From assembly GCA_964016885.1 (NCBI GenBank), contig OZ024740.1, positions 143,220,001-143,284,000 of the forward strand: a stretch of 64,000 nucleotides of DNA, given 5' to 3'. How positions within the stretch are numbered: position 1 is the stretch's first letter; each line of letters begins with the position of its first letter. Below are positions 49,261-63,270 of this stretch, piece after piece. This DNA is from Eledone cirrhosa (Eukaryota). Both the position numbers and the translations under genes were made by a program. Below the pieces are notes generated by a model. The model worked only from the letters and a program-made list of their open reading frames with translations. It did no database searches and had not been told where the DNA came from.

Positions 49261-50025
49261 TCCAATAAGTGATGCAGACGTTCATTGGCCAGTTGTGTGT
49301 GATTCCTTATATAAAGAGATTCAGAAACCAAACAAGCAGATGGCAGAAGGCATTGACAACACAAATCTAACCACCTACAGCCTTCATCAACACATAAATC
49401 AATGGCTTTCTCTTTCTTTTGACTCATAGGTTATTACCTCTTTCGTCTACCTCATACCGTTATTATGCCCTTCGCTTCAACATTCTTTTCTCTCTCTTTC
49501 TCTTTTCTCACACCATTACTATTACCTTGCCTCATCAAAGCTTTCTCTCTCTCTCTCTTGCTCTCTCTCTTACTCTTCCTCCTTCCCCATCTCATACCCA
49601 CAAGCATAATAATATTGACTAGCTGGCCCATGAAATTTACACATTTGTGGCCAACTAAGACACAATAATTACTCTGTCATTTATTTTTTTATTTCATCAT
49701 TGTATTATTTTAATTATTAGACCAGTAATTATCATTATCATAATTTGATTATTATATAACTGTCTATGACTAAACACTGGCAACCCTTATCTTATCAAAA
49801 ATGTCACCTGTACTGTAGTAATTATCATTGAATAATCTAATCTGATTGGATTGTAAAAGATACAGTTTATTAAAGCACATGCATTAAATAAATGACAAAT
49901 TTAAAAAAAATAAAATATTACTCAAAAGCTAGTCTTCTTCTTCCCCTCCTTATTACCACTACCACAACCTGCATTAACCAATATCCCTTCTGATAATGCC
50001 ACCAGCTGTAGTTCAGTGTATCACA

Positions 50026-50410
50026 TGCTCTTGGGGTTCCAAATAATAGGGGAGGGGATAAGTAGCGGTGGAATAAGCAGGGAAGGAGTTGGAATAAGCA
50101 AGGGGGTTGGAATAAGTGGGGCGGGGGCGGTAATCTTTTTAGGTTGTCTCCAGTGCATTTTTTAAAAAGCAGAATTAGTCGTTTAGTTTACATATTGAGA
50201 CCCCCAACCTATCCTATTTATTTTACAATGTATAAGATTTCTTGAAATGCTCTTTTTTGGATGTATAATGTTTTTTAATGTATAAAGAAAATTAATCATC
50301 GCAGGAATACTACCACAAAATTTAATAAGCGGGGGGTTTGGAAAAATTAATAAGCAAGGGTGCGGGTGGGGGTGGGGTGGGGGGGGGCGATTATTCGAAC
50401 CCGGAGAGTA
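50026..50410. mobile_element. MITE-like DNA element
   Basis: Imperfect terminal inverted repeats CTCTTGGGGTTCCAAATAAT / ATTATTCGAACCCGGAGAG, internal GGAATAAGC-G-rich repeats, and related copies at 12917 and 48130. Confidence 0.62.
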
Positions 50411-50737
50411 TGTGTGTATGTATGCATAAAAGATAGTATAAAGATCCCATAACTCCTTGTGGAGTCATAGAGATACTGTCGTACGGTGTCGATGTATCTA
50501 GGACACTTTTAAACTTGGCGGAGCCCAACCATCTCCAGATCTGATCACAACTGATTTTTCCTATAGAGGAAGAATTGACCCCAGTACTGGACTGGTACTT
50601 TTTTTTATCGACCACGAAAGGATGAAAGGTAAAGTTGACCATGGCGAGATTTGAACTCAAAGTGTGCAATGAAGTGGGACAAATGCCGTAAAGTTTTCTA
50701 TCTGACGTCTTAACGACTCTGCCAAACTGACCCAAGT

Positions 50738-51085
50738 TCTGCTGCACGTTGGGCTGAGGGGGCCAAACTCCTCAAATACCAGTCGCTCTCCGAAAGGTTT
50801 GCAGTCGTACCCCTGGCAGTGGAGACTTCTGGTGTCCTCGGCCCCAGGGCTACCTCCTTACTCACCACCATAGGCGCTGAGCTGGCCAGCCGCAGGTGTG
50901 AACCCTGCGAGTTGGAGTGGCTTTTCCAGTGCGTATCGTTTGCCGTCCTCCAGGGAAACGCCTTCTCCATTCTGTCCGCCGGGGCTGTGGGTGGGCCCCA
51001 TCGCGTACCATTGTAGTTGTCGTATACAGATATTAACTCATCAATCCCATTGTCCTAATTTATCAAAGTGTTATTATAATACGTC
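50738..51085 (+). mobile_element. CRE-like non-LTR retrotransposon C-terminal fragment
   Basis: AEGAKLLKYQSL...VPLAVETSGVLG...LEWLFQCVSFAVLQGNAFSIL; GC-rich relative to flanks. Confidence 0.78.
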
Positions 51086-51999
51086 ATTATGTGGAGCGAT
51101 GAGAACAATTACACGCAAAGACAAAACCACGTTTATGTTATAACTGAAATCGTAGACTAAAATTCTATTTAGGAAACCGAATGATTCTCGGCTTCAGAGT
51201 TAAGAATAATGTAAATAAATTACAGAGGTAATTGAAATAAAAAAATAAAAATTCACCGCCTATGTGTGCCTATAAACAGCTTTCACTTTTACTTTCTCTA
51301 TCTTTCTGCTTTTCCTCCAACTGCTTTCTACTTCACACTTTTACTATGCTACTCTCCTAACAACTAGTTTCTCTTCCTAACAACATTCTTTTCTCTCTCA
51401 CTTAATGGTTTAGTTTTCCTTGGTTATTGGCATTAACTACCTTAACAAAAACATAAATTACTTTCCTAACCCCAGAGATTGCAATATATGACTGAATACT
51501 GGTTGTGGTAAGTAAAGTCCTATCGTAATTAGCATCTAACCCTGTGCTTTATTAATTGTCATTGAATGAGCTAGTCTTACTGGAAACTGAGTGCATTGTA
51601 TAGTAAAAGCTACATTTGATTCACTGAATGTCAGTTTATTTCTAGGTATTAATGCTCATTTATCTGCCATTTACCTCATAATATTGAGGTATTAATGCTC
51701 ATTTACCTCATAATATTGAGAGATGGCGAGAGCAGGAGAGATGGGGCAGTAACAGTGGGAGTTCGGTTCTTTTGTGTTCAGACCCGGTGTATATGTATAT
51801 CTTTCACGGACACACACTCACGCATAACAGTTATTTATATGTTGCTGGTGCTGTACATCTTTCTTACATTCAATACATTTCCCTTTTCTCCTTTTTTCAA
51901 AGTATCTGTCTTTTAATGTCATCTCTGTGTGTTTTCTCTGCCTATATTTTCATACATCAGTAATATGATTTAACCCCAATGAAAGACACAATTTAACAA

Positions 52000-54230
52000 T
52001 TTCTAGTCTAGTTTTATTACAAAGGCCTTGTTGAATTGATATATTGTGCAATAACATTACATCAGACCTGATTTTTAAATTCAATCTTTGTTAGGCATTC
52101 CAGATGGAGTAGCATTCATTATCAGTCTAATTCTCACAAACAATTTGATCTGTGCTAAAATGTTTGGATATTGCCTGGCAGTAGGTTTAAAATATCCTCC
52201 CTTAAAGAAAGACAGTCAGAGTTCTTAGGGGAAAATGTTACATGTGATCACCCCTCTTCCTTAAATGCTTCACTAAAAATAGAATTTACTAAAGAAGTTT
52301 CAATACATTAAGAGGATGGTCTTTGGACATTACCTGATGTTAACCCTGGCATAGTTGGAATGGTTCCATTTCCAAGCAGAAGCAAACAATTTTCAAAATC
52401 CTTTTGTTCCTCTGTAGCTCTCATAATTTGAGTTAGGTAATATTGTAGTGACCTACATTCTGAGGGCTCTTGAATACATTCTCCGTACGTTGTTTGGCTC
52501 AGTTCAGCCAATCGCTACCAGCGTAGGGAGATGTATTTCAACTTCCGCCGAAAGGGAAAAATTCCCGCTTCCCTTCGAAAATCTCTCTCTTGCAGCTCGA
52601 CACCGCCAAGGTAAACATCTCTTGATTTTGCTCAACAAACTTTCCAAAATGTAGCGATCGAACAATTACTGCAGCTGTGGCTTCTAACTTCAGCCATAGG
52701 TCTGCATATTCCTTTTACAGCGTCTTAATTTGTTTTATTTCATTTCTTATGACATGTCTTCACAGCTAACTCAACTTCTCATCTTTGTAAATAAATTATA
52801 TATAAAAAAAACGTTGTAATGCCTTGTGATGATATTTGCCACAACATTCCCTTGGACTGCTTCGGTTACTCTCTGTGATACAATAAACAACAATACATAC
52901 ATTTTCAACAATACATACAGTATATCATCTATTAACTCTCTCAATTAACTCACAACCAAAATACACGTTCTAAATTGGTGGCCCAGCCGTGGGAACTAAA
53001 TGTTTCTTTAAAAAAAAATAGAAGTAGTATTTTTAAAGAACACGCAAGCTTTCTTGTATTGTATCAGCACCTTGTAAAAACCTTTTTGTTGATAACAGCA
53101 CAACACGTGGTTTAACTTCAATGAACCCACCTGAGAATACATTATTTGAGAAAAAAATTAGCTGTCTTTTAAAAAGTCACAGCACAAGGTAAATTTTTTT
53201 TTCAACATGGCTACAATCAACTATCAACAAGATCAGCAGCAGCAACACATGGTTAACCACTAACCATAAACAACAGAGAATAACTATGTGGCAGCTTTAT
53301 AGCCTTACCGATGCAACCACCACACCTTCTGACCATCAATTATTTACTGAAGATTCACTGCTTCCTCACCATTATGGCATCAGACTCTCGATTTGTCTTC
53401 AACCTTCGACTTCGATCGTCGTCCTGTAACATAGCAACCTCAATCTTGTTACTTTACCCGACTCACTGGTAAAACAACAAATGGAACTGGACCTCTCAGC
53501 ATTTCCACTATTTCTCCGACAAATCGCCAGAATTACAGCTTCAACTACTACCCACCTACAGATTCAACTTGCTTTTTTTCTTTTCAAAGCAACTTTAGCC
53601 ATATTTTCCTGGCTGCCTAGCACTTCCAGCAATTCATCTGGGAGGCTGACAATTTCTCGCCTACCCATCATCTTCTTGCCAGCTCTGCTACAACATTTAC
53701 CATAACAGCTCCATCTACACAGCTCTGGTATAACACTTACCATAACAGCTATACAGCTCTGGTAAAGCATGAACAGCACCATCATTGACAACAGCTACTG
53801 GTAAACTACCATAACAGCTTCATCCGCAGCTCTGGTACAACACTTACCATAACAGCTAACATTTAATGCAAGAACAGCAACTTTGCCCATGTCAGACTTT
53901 ATCCGTTTTCTGTTAGACCCCGGATGGTCACGCATAAATAGCAAAACAGCTAGTCATTTGACACAGCGGCTCATCAAGGCCCTTAGCACCTCATTTTTCT
54001 TCTTGCATGCATTCTTTGGTTCAATTTTTTCATTGATGTGCTCTCTTTCAGCGTTTTTCCTGCTAATTCAATCTTATTTATCGCCTTCTAGGCTAAATAG
54101 GGGGTATTGTAGTCACCTACATTCTGAGGGCTCTTGAATACATTCTCCGTACATTGTTTGGCACACGTTCTAAATTGTCTTAAATACTGCAAGAAATGAA
54201 ACGATTTTAGACATATACAAATAATAGTTG
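52000..54230 (-). mobile_element. Helitron PIF1-like helicase remnant interrupted by an LTR element
   Basis: Joining across the insertion gives CLKSFHFLQYLRQ|YYLTQIMRATEEQKDFENCLLLLGNG, resembling the LTxNMRA motif. Confidence 0.65.
52444..54174 (+). mobile_element. Non-autonomous LTR element with an internally deleted 3' LTR
   Basis: 5' LTR 52444-52974. The 3' LTR (54108-54174) keeps only the first ~54 and last ~12 bp. PBS-like TGGTGGCCCAGCCGTGGGA at 52976; purine tract AAATAGGGGG at ~54095-54104. Confidence 0.8.
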
Positions 54231-54500
54231 TCAATGACATTGCCAACTCAGTACGCTCACCTTTCAATATCTGGTATCTAGACAATGTGATACTGGGTAA
54301 CTGTTGAGTTTGTTTTTGGTGACCTTCAGAACATCATCCCAGTCCTTTCACTCCTCAGATTCAAGATTAACTCATCCAAGTCAGAGGTTATAAATATGAG
54401 TTATGGTGAAACTCAATATGAAGATGCCACACTCAGCATTTGGTTCATCTGACTAGAATACATCTACCTACATTCTCAGCTTACCAATCCTCTCAAAGGT
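54228..54500 (+). mobile_element. CRE-like RT fragment
   Basis: VNDIANSVRSPFNIWYLDNVILG...KINSSKSE resembles the WYLDDG catalytic motif. Confidence 0.6.
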
Positions 54501-54514
54501 CATACATAAGTGCC

Positions 54515-55595
54515 TGGAGGCCAAACAGGCTGAGGTCAGAAGAGCAGTTAAAGAGCTCAAATATAGTGAGGCAGCTGAGGAAGATGAAATCCAGCCTGTG
54601 ATGTTAAAAGCCTTAAATAGAGAAGGTGTTCTCTGGCTGACTCATGTGTACTAGGTGGCCTGGATCTGTGTGCTAGGTGGCCTAATCAATCGCAATCGGG
54701 AATGATAATCCCGATTTTCAAAAAGGAGACAAGAGAGATTGTTTGAATTACAGAGGGATCTCCTTGTTAAGCCTCCATGGTAAAATCTATGCTAAGTGTC
54801 TGGCAAAGAGATGCAGGGAGATTGTCGATTCTAAGTTAGCTGATGAACAGTGTGGTTTTCACCCCGGACACAGCATGGCCGATCAACTATTCACACTGCA
54901 GGAGATCTTCGAGAAATCATGGGATTATTGCCAAGAAGTATATTCTTGTTTTGTCAATCTTGAGAAGGCATATGACCGCATTTCTAGGGACCTGCTGTGG
55001 AAGATTCTGCAAGTGTATGGGATCGATGGTCAGCTTCTTGCTTCTCTGATGTCTCTATACAAATGCCCTAGTATTTATGTTCAGACAAATGGTGCTAAAT
55101 CGAAAACATTCAATGTGGGAGTTGGACTCCGCCAAGGGTGTGTAATATCATCTCTCCTGTTCATTATTTACATGAACAGGATTGGCATGTGCAGCTGGGT
55201 TGGAAATGTTATCATGACTGGCGGATGTAAAATCAGTTGACTGAAATTTGCAGATGACATGTTGTTACTTAACTCAACAGAAGGTGATCTCCAACTTGCA
55301 CTCGATAGGTTTGGTGCTGCATGGCTGGAATGAAAATCAGTGCTGCAAAAACTGAGACACTCATCCTCTCAAGGAAGCCTGTGCAGTGCACTCTACATGT
55401 AAATGGAGTTCCATTGAAGCAGGTAGGGAAGTTCAGGTATCTCAGGGCCGTGTTCATGATTGATGGAAAGCAGGGGGCTAAATTAAGTGCAAGAATTGCA
55501 GGAGCTGGTGCAGTAATGCGCCAGCTTCAGCATTCAGTAATCAGAAGGGAGGTCGGTGTAAAAACCAAACTCGCTATCTTCGATTCGGTATTCGT
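54515..55595 (+). mobile_element. Expander/Rex3-like RTE RT fragment
   Basis: NYRGISLLSLHGKIYAKCL...EQCGF...CFVNLEKAYDRI...GLRQGCVISSLLF...FADD. Confidence 0.9.
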
Positions 55596-55599
55596 GCAT

Positions 55600-57990
55600 T
55601 TTCTTCAGTGTAATATACCTTCAGACCATTTTTGAAGTGGACTGCAAGGTTTACCACTGCTGGGTGTCTATAGTATATGTCAAAACTAAAGATTCTCCAT
55701 ATGACTTCATTGCTAGAAATGTATCTTCCTGTTAGGTACGTTTTAACTTCATTTAGTTAGCTATTGCCACCAATAGTAAAGGTTACCATATCACTACCCC
55801 TGTTGACATATTTACAAACATACTTAATTAATTTTACTGATGCACTGTACCCACAATTAATATGAGAGGAGAGGATTGTAGGGAATGACCCAATTGTTAC
55901 CAACCTGAACTTCTTGACCTTGTATCTCGGTAATCACAATTTTCCCACCAAATTCACGGCTTCTCCGTCTGTACTGAGGATATCCGTCATCACCAGTTAC
56001 AGTTTCTTGTTGAAAAGGCCTTGGATACCTTTTTTTACATTTGTTACTTCCCATGCACACACACTTAGGGTTGATACTGCCACATGGACCATGTTACATT
56101 TGTTTTGAGATAATGGCAAATAATTCTGGGTCTTCTTCAGGATCAAGCAATTCAGCACTAATGAGTTTATCAATTTCATCTGAGTGAATGTCCTTTGTAC
56201 ACAAAATTAGTGTATGGGAGTAAGGAAGACCTCTTTTCTGCCATTCAATCTTAGTTCACTATAGGTTTGTCTATCTTTTAGCAGCCACATCAAGATCTTC
56301 TCTTACTCATTAAAAATTCTGGCAATGATGTCATGTCATTCTTTTGCATATTGGTGTTCAAACAGTTCATTTTGAATTTCTGGCCATGTAAGATTGCATG
56401 TAAATGTAATGAAAAGATCTGGACAACCAAATTTTCTCACATATACCATGGCATCTTGTGTATGCTCAGCCATATAGCGTGGACTGCCTGTGAAGTTAGA
56501 TCACAGAATGACTGGCTGATCAACACTGGAAAGATTCATTCCATCAGTTATAATAGCATCTCTCAAATGGATGCATTGCTCTGATCTAAGTTTAGCTTAG
56601 TTGTTTTTAATGAATGCCAACCATTCAGCTTCAATCTTGACATAAACAAAAACCCTTAATTGTAAGACTTCCCATTCTTAGGATATGGTTAAAGCAGTCT
56701 CTTACCATGAAATGAAATGAATAAAAGTCTTTGCAACTGATCAATTTATTAGTTACCTTGCCTGTAGTGGGGTTTACTTGTCTTAAGGCGAAATAGTATC
56801 CATCCTGACCTGACCTCTCCAAAAAATCAAAGAATATGGAAGAGCATTTTATGCTCTGTGTGTCTCTGCAATTCTTCATAAATGGACAGATTTCTCCTGT
56901 ACACTGATGTCTCTGAATTCATCTGGTTTGTTGACCATCAGTACAGCCACTTCATCTTCCAGTGGTTTATTATAATGCCTTTTGTGTGCTTTTTCTGGGG
57001 ATTTTTCAGGTCTTATAGTAATTTTATATATGAGGTTTGCATGTGTTTTTTCTCAGTCAAATTTGAATACTCTTATGTAATGGTGGTTTTCATTGAAGCA
57101 AATTTTGCAGCCTGCTAATAACTTGTAGCTGAGGACCACCGGAAATATTTCTATATCGCTGAGTAGCTTCTTCGTTGTTGCCCAAAAAGTAAACTTGAAC
57201 GAATTTTGGATACTCGTTAGGCTGGAGGGGTGGGGGTAAACTGCCAAATAAAATTCTAGGATTGGCCTTGGATTTTAAATGTTATGAAATAACCATAGTC
57301 AGTATGATCTTTTTCAGCTCCAAAGGACGTCATCTGAAATGCAACATTATACCGCATAACATTGCTCCTGAAGTGTTTAGCTTCATTAGTATGGTCTGTA
57401 AACAGTATACCAATAACAGGTAGAGGGTCTTCTATCAGTAGAATCTTATCTTTCCTCCTAAGCAACATGCCAAGTGTTTCTCCTTTCCATTTTCTTGCTC
57501 CACAACTACTGCATGTAATATCCCTGCAACCAGGATCATTTCTATAATTTCTTGATGGATCATATGAAAACACAGCTTTTAGTCATTTTATACTTTTAAG
57601 AGTCATTTTATACATTTTAAGAGTCCTTTGTGCTCATCAGTTTTGTATTGCAACTCTCATTGCCTTTCAGTGATTTTCATATTGAACCTCCGTTTTTGCA
57701 ATCATCTTTCTTCTTGCCTTAATCTTTCTGTTTCCCTTCTCAAGTTCTGTTCACTTTCAGAAAGTTGCAATCGTCTTTCCTGTTGTCTTAATCTTTCTGT
57801 TTTTCTGCTGAATGTCAGAGTATTGAGATTGTTATTCTTTTTAACTTGTGCTATTACTCTCAAGTCTTTTTGAATATTGTTCTTGATTTTCTGTTTCACT
57901 TGAAGATTTCATCCGTTTGGCAAACCTTGTAAGCCTCCTGATAGATGAGCCGTGTTTTGATGGTTAATACTGTGAAAAAAAAATACAAAT
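55600..57990 (-). mobile_element. Degraded autonomous Helitron, N-terminal and Rep region
   Basis: CSSCGARKWKGE, HFRSNVMRYNVAFQMTSFG..FKIQGQ, CKKRYPRPF..ET..GDDGYPQYRRRS and NNWVIPYNPLL, with many frameshifts. Confidence 0.88.
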
Positions 57991-58166
57991 AAATACAAAA
58001 GAGCAGCCAATCTTATATGGCAACCCTAGAGGGTAGGTTGACACTCAGTCAGAATTAGGTCAATAACAACATACAACAATATCCTCAAAAAGCTTAATTA
58101 ATATACACTGTTCAGAACTAGCTGTTGAAACGGTCGGAGCTCAGACGTCAGTGTCTTGACTCTTTT

Positions 58167-58295
<129 letters not shown>

Positions 58296-58475
58296 GCCGG
58301 GTTTGTGTGTATGATAACAGATGCTAGGAAATTGCCATTTCCTAGCAACGCAAACAAACATGCAAAATTATTTTTTAAGTTTCATTAGCTGGAATAGAGA
58401 GCGAAGAGAAGATAAGTGAAAAGAAAATTGTCAATTTCCTTCTTTCAATGTTTATATCTATGTATATATAAATAT

Positions 58476-59933
58476 ACGTAAAAGTTGGCGTCCATCAGGG
58501 CTCTGTTCTCAGCCCCCTACTATTTATTATTGCCCTTCAGGCTATAACAGAGGAGTTCAAGACCGGTTGCCCATGGGAACTCCTATACGCAGATGACCTA
58601 ACACTCATAGCTGAATCAATGGCCGAGCTAGAGAAGAAATTCCAAACATGGAAGCACGGCCTAGAATCAAAAGGCCTTAAAATTAACCTGGCTAAGACTA
58701 AAGTTCTAGTTAGTAAGAAAGAAAATAAGGCGGCGGTCCCTTCCGGGAAGTGGCCATGCTCAGTGTGTAGGAAAGGCGTAGGTAGAAACTCCATTTTGTG
58801 TCCCAAATGCAAAGTATGGGTGCATAAAAGATGTAGTGGGATCACAGGTAAGCTAAGAACATAGATTTTACATGTGGCCGGTGCTCTGGTGCAATAAGTA
58901 GCAGCAAGTGCCCACAAAATACTAGCTCTTTCAACTGCGCAGAGGGTTCTATAGAAATAGTGGACAGCTTCCGTTACCTGGGTGACAAAATCAGCAGTGG
59001 GAGAGGGTGCTCTGAAAGTACAGTAGCTAGAGTCAGAACTGGATGGAAAAAGTTCAGAGAGCTTATACCACTATTAGCCGCTAAAAGGTTCTCCCTAAAA
59101 ATGAAAGGCAGGTTGTACGATGCCTGCATACGAACAGCAATGTTGCATGGCAGTGAGACCTGGGTTTTGTGTGCAGAGGATATACGCAGACTAGAGAGAA
59201 ACGAAGCTTGCATGTTCCGCTGGATGTGTAATAGTAATATACGTGAACGGCAAAGCATAAATGAACTAAGGAAAAAATTAGAAATAAGAGGGATCAGATG
59301 TTGTTTACTCGAGAGAAGGCTACGTTGGTATGGTCACGTGATGCGCATGAAGGACGATAGCTGTATAACAAAGTGCAGGGCAATAAAGATAGACGGTAGC
59401 CACGGAATAGGCAGACCCAGAAAAACCTGGGACAAGCTGATAAATTCCGACCTCACACACTTACACCTCACCAAGACAATGTCACTGGACCAAGACCTTT
59501 GGCGGTACTCAGTAATAGAGAAGACCCGCCTTACCTAAATACAAAGTAAAACCTACTACAGTCAGTAGGCATCTCTAACAAAATACACCTCCGTCCCACC
59601 ACCCCCACCCCATCCACACCGCCCCTTTCAATGTAAAGTTATGTTGGTGCCACAACATCCAGGTCGAAACAAATGAGATCGTGTAGGTGTCACGTCAAAA
59701 AAACACACAGTCCACGCTGTAATGTGACCGTGTAGGCAACACGGTAAAAACCTCCCAGCCCCACACTGTAAATGTGGTTGGTGTTAGGAAGGGCATCCAG
59801 CTGTAGAAAACCCGCCAGACAGTCCTATGCGAGCAAGATAATCACTCTTGCCTCAAGTGGGAAAACCCCCATCCAAACCCATGCAAGCGTGGAACACGGA
59901 CGTTAAACGATGATGATGATGATGATGATGATG
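58476..59933 (+). mobile_element. RTE LINE 3' fragment (late RT, PHD finger, C-terminus, tail)
   Basis: ORFs 58619-58864 and 58960-59538; (GAT)n tail. Confidence 0.93.
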
Positions 59934-60096
59934 TACTAATGTCTAAATTTATATATATATAGCTGTTTATATGTGTGTTGTGTACCTTTGTGTGTGTATC
60001 TATATATGTAACGGAAAATCACTCATATAGAATAGAGATAGAATAGCTGGGTTTGTGTGTTTCATAACAGATGCTAGGAAAACGCCATTTCCCATA

Positions 60097-63000
60097 TAAC
60101 CTGCCCACTCTACCTCCATCACCTTCTGGTATGCATGCCGCTGGTATCCATCACCTTCTGGTATGCATGCCGCTGTACGCTAACCACTCATGCACATAGC
60201 ACGTTAAACCAAGTCCCGCTCAGAGCAGACACGGGGTGGACAGAGGCTCCATAAGCCATAGAGTCGGCAACCCATCTAGGAGAGCTACCACTCTGAATAA
60301 ATTGGTGCAGAGTAGAGAAGCCCCTAAGTCCAGTAAGACAACTTCCCTAGAGCTGGTGGCATGAATAAAACCACCAGTCCATGCTGTAATATGGAGGTAA
60401 TGGTAGTAGCATTCAGCTATTAAAAACCATGCAAAACTATGGGGTGGTGAGGGCCCTGGTCTAATAAGACAACCTCTCTAGTGCTGGTGGCACGAATAAA
60501 ACCACTCAGTCCATGCTGTAAAGTAGCACTGGTTTTAGGAAGGGCATCCAATCGGTGTATTAATGCCAAAACAATTATGAGCACAACAAAAAATTTATAT
60601 AGCAATAACTGCGTGAACAACAATAACACTAACCATGTTAGGGCTGCACACGGTAGTGGGGTGGCTAGTGCGGCCATGTGCGAGAACCCTACAACCGTCA
60701 TCAAGCAATCGCACAACATGAACATGATTATAAACAAGTTTTCTTTGCAGAAAAGGAGGAAGTTTCAATGAAAGACGTCACATCTCAGGGTTGCCACACT
60801 TAATGTTGGCACCCTTGCAGGTAGATCTGGTGAAATAGTGGAGATGCTGGAGAGAAGACATGTAAATGTGTGCTGCATGCAAGAGGTGAGATGGAGAGGT
60901 GCCTCAGCAAAACTAATCCTAGGCAAACATCTTAGTTATAAGCTTTTCTGGGTAGGTAATGATGATGGGTTAGGTGGGGTAGGCATTTTACTGGCTGAGA
61001 GATGGATCGATATACAATAGAGGTAGTTAGAGTCAGTAATAGAATAATTAAGACTAGATTAGTTGTAGGCAAGAGACTGCTGACAATCATCTCTACCTAT
61101 GCTCCCTAGCGGGCCTAGGTAAAGAAGAGAAAGACTGCTTTTACGAGCAACTTTTAGAAACAGCCACAATTACAGAGGACAGAGACATCGTTATGCTAGC
61201 AGGGGAGTTAAATGGTCATGTTGGACAACTCCAGGATAGATACACTGGGGTACATGGTGGTCACGGTAATGGCCTGTATGTCTCATTTTGTCTCTTACTT
61301 ATTAGATCTCAATAAGTAAGAGACAAAATGAGACATACAAGAAGGTGAGGAAAAGGAAGGTCTGGAAGCTAAAAGACCTTTCACTAAAATATAAATTTAG
61401 GAAAACCCTTCAAGATGTGTATGACGAAAAAGAAGACGATTTAGAATCGTATGACATAGATAATAACTGGAATTTTTTACATGACAACTTACTGCAGGCT
61501 ACTGAAGAAACTTATGGCTGGAGCAGAGCTCTGACCAGACAGAGAGTGACCTGGTGGTAGAACAGCACAGTAGATAGGGCCATAAGAGACAAAAGACTAG
61601 CATGGAACACTTGGAAAAATGGTGGGAGTTGAGACTGATACACAGCTGCTAAAAGAGAAGCTAGACGTCAGGTGTACTTAGCACGTAGGGAGGCTGAGAG
61701 TAGGAGGTTTGCCAATGTTCTGCAACGGGAAGATCAGGGACGTGCAGTGTTCCACATTGCAAGGCAGTGTATCAGTGTAAATCAGGATGTTGTTGGAGAT
61801 AAGTGTGTCCGAAATGATGCTGGTGTACTTAGTGTCACTAATAATCAGAAAAAGGAAGCCTGGAAATGTCATTATGAGAGACTGATGAATGTGGAGAACG
61901 AATGGGAGAGAAACTACTCCCAGTAGACCCGACAGAGGGACCAGCTATTGAGATTGATGAATATAGGGTCCAAGAGGCAATTAAGGAAATGAAAAATGGT
62001 AAGGCGCTGGACCCGTTGCTGAGATGCTGAAGGCATCAGGAGAAGTAGGAACTAAACTGGTTGCACACATAATCAATCATGCTATATATGGCGGTGTCAT
62101 ACCGAAAGACTGGTGCAGCAGTATTCTCATAAATTGCTACAAAGGTAAAGGGGATACTCTGGAGAGGAGCAATTATAGAGGCATAAAACTGATGGATCAG
62201 GTTATGAAAGTGGCAGGAAGAATGTTAGCACAACTAATTAGAGAAACGGTCAAATTAGATGAGATGCAGTTTGGTTTTGTGCCTCGGAAAAGTACAACAG
62301 ATGCCCTCTTCTCAGTGAGACAAATACAAGAGAGGTTCTTAGAGAAGAATAAGCCACTATACTTAGCTTTTGTTGACCTAGAGAAGGCCTTCGATAGGGT
62401 ACCCTGACCTGTTATCTGGTGGTCCCTAAGGAAACTAGGTGTAGAGGAATGGCTTGTGAGGACAGTGCAAGCTATGTACAGGGTGCTGTCAGTAAAGTGA
62501 GAGTAGGAATGGAGTTTAGTGAGGAATTCCAGATACAAGTAGGAGTACATCAGGATTCGGTCCTCAGCCCGCTCTTGTTCATTATAGTCCTCCAAGCCAT
62601 AACAGAGGAGTTTAAGACTGCCACTTCTCTATGCTGACGATCTGGTACTTATAGTAGAATCAGTAGAGGAGCTAGAGAATAGATTCTGGCTATGGAAACA
62701 GCAGTTGGAATCAAGAGGACAGAGAGTGAACCTAGCTAAGACAGAAGTGTTGATATGTAGAAAAGAGGACAAAACTCTGATTCTATCAGGGAAATGGCCA
62801 TGTTCGATATATAGAAAAGGAGTTGGCATAAATTCTATAAAATGTACACAATGCAGATCTTGGGTACACAAGAGATGTAGTGGGATAGCAGGCAAACAGG
62901 TAGGGAAAACTATGTATGCAGTAGATGTACAGGGAAATTTGACAGTAGAAGTCACAGTGATAGACACATTTTCCAAATGCAGGTGGGTTCTATAGAAGTA

Positions 63001-63270
63001 GTTGATAGCTTCCGGTAATCAGATTAGCATGGGAGGAGGGTGTTCCAAGGCCATAGTATCTAGAATAAGGACAGGTTGGAAGAAGTTTAGGGAGCTGCTT
63101 CCTCTGTTGACAAAGAAGGGTTTCTCCCTGCGTAAGAAAGGCTGATTATATGCTGATGCTCACGGAAGAGATGACAATGGACCGTGACAAATGGAGAGAT
63201 GCTGTGCTGAATAGGACCCGTCCCACCCTTGCAAGGAGGGTAAAGCGGATGTAAAATGATGATGATGATG
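60097..63270 (+). mobile_element. RTE LINE with 5' UTR, near full span but internally deleted and pseudogenised; same family as 40235-43070
   Basis: ATLNVGTLAGRSGEIVEMLERRHVNVCCMQEVRW (endonuclease start), RT pieces, PHD finger and short tail CCCGTCCCACCCTTGCAAG...(GAT)n. The 5' boundary is approximate. Confidence 0.88.

Noticed and set aside
44870-50030. Candidate upstream exons (44880-44955, 46560-46680, 47957-48145, 49958-50006)
   Set aside because: Splice-like signals exist, but I could not chain them in phase to the transmembrane exon or recognise a domain.
60100-60200. HDV-like ribozyme expected at an RTE 5' end (GCTAA present)
   Set aside because: I could not build the nested double pseudoknot, and a ~32-bp tandem duplication disrupts the region.
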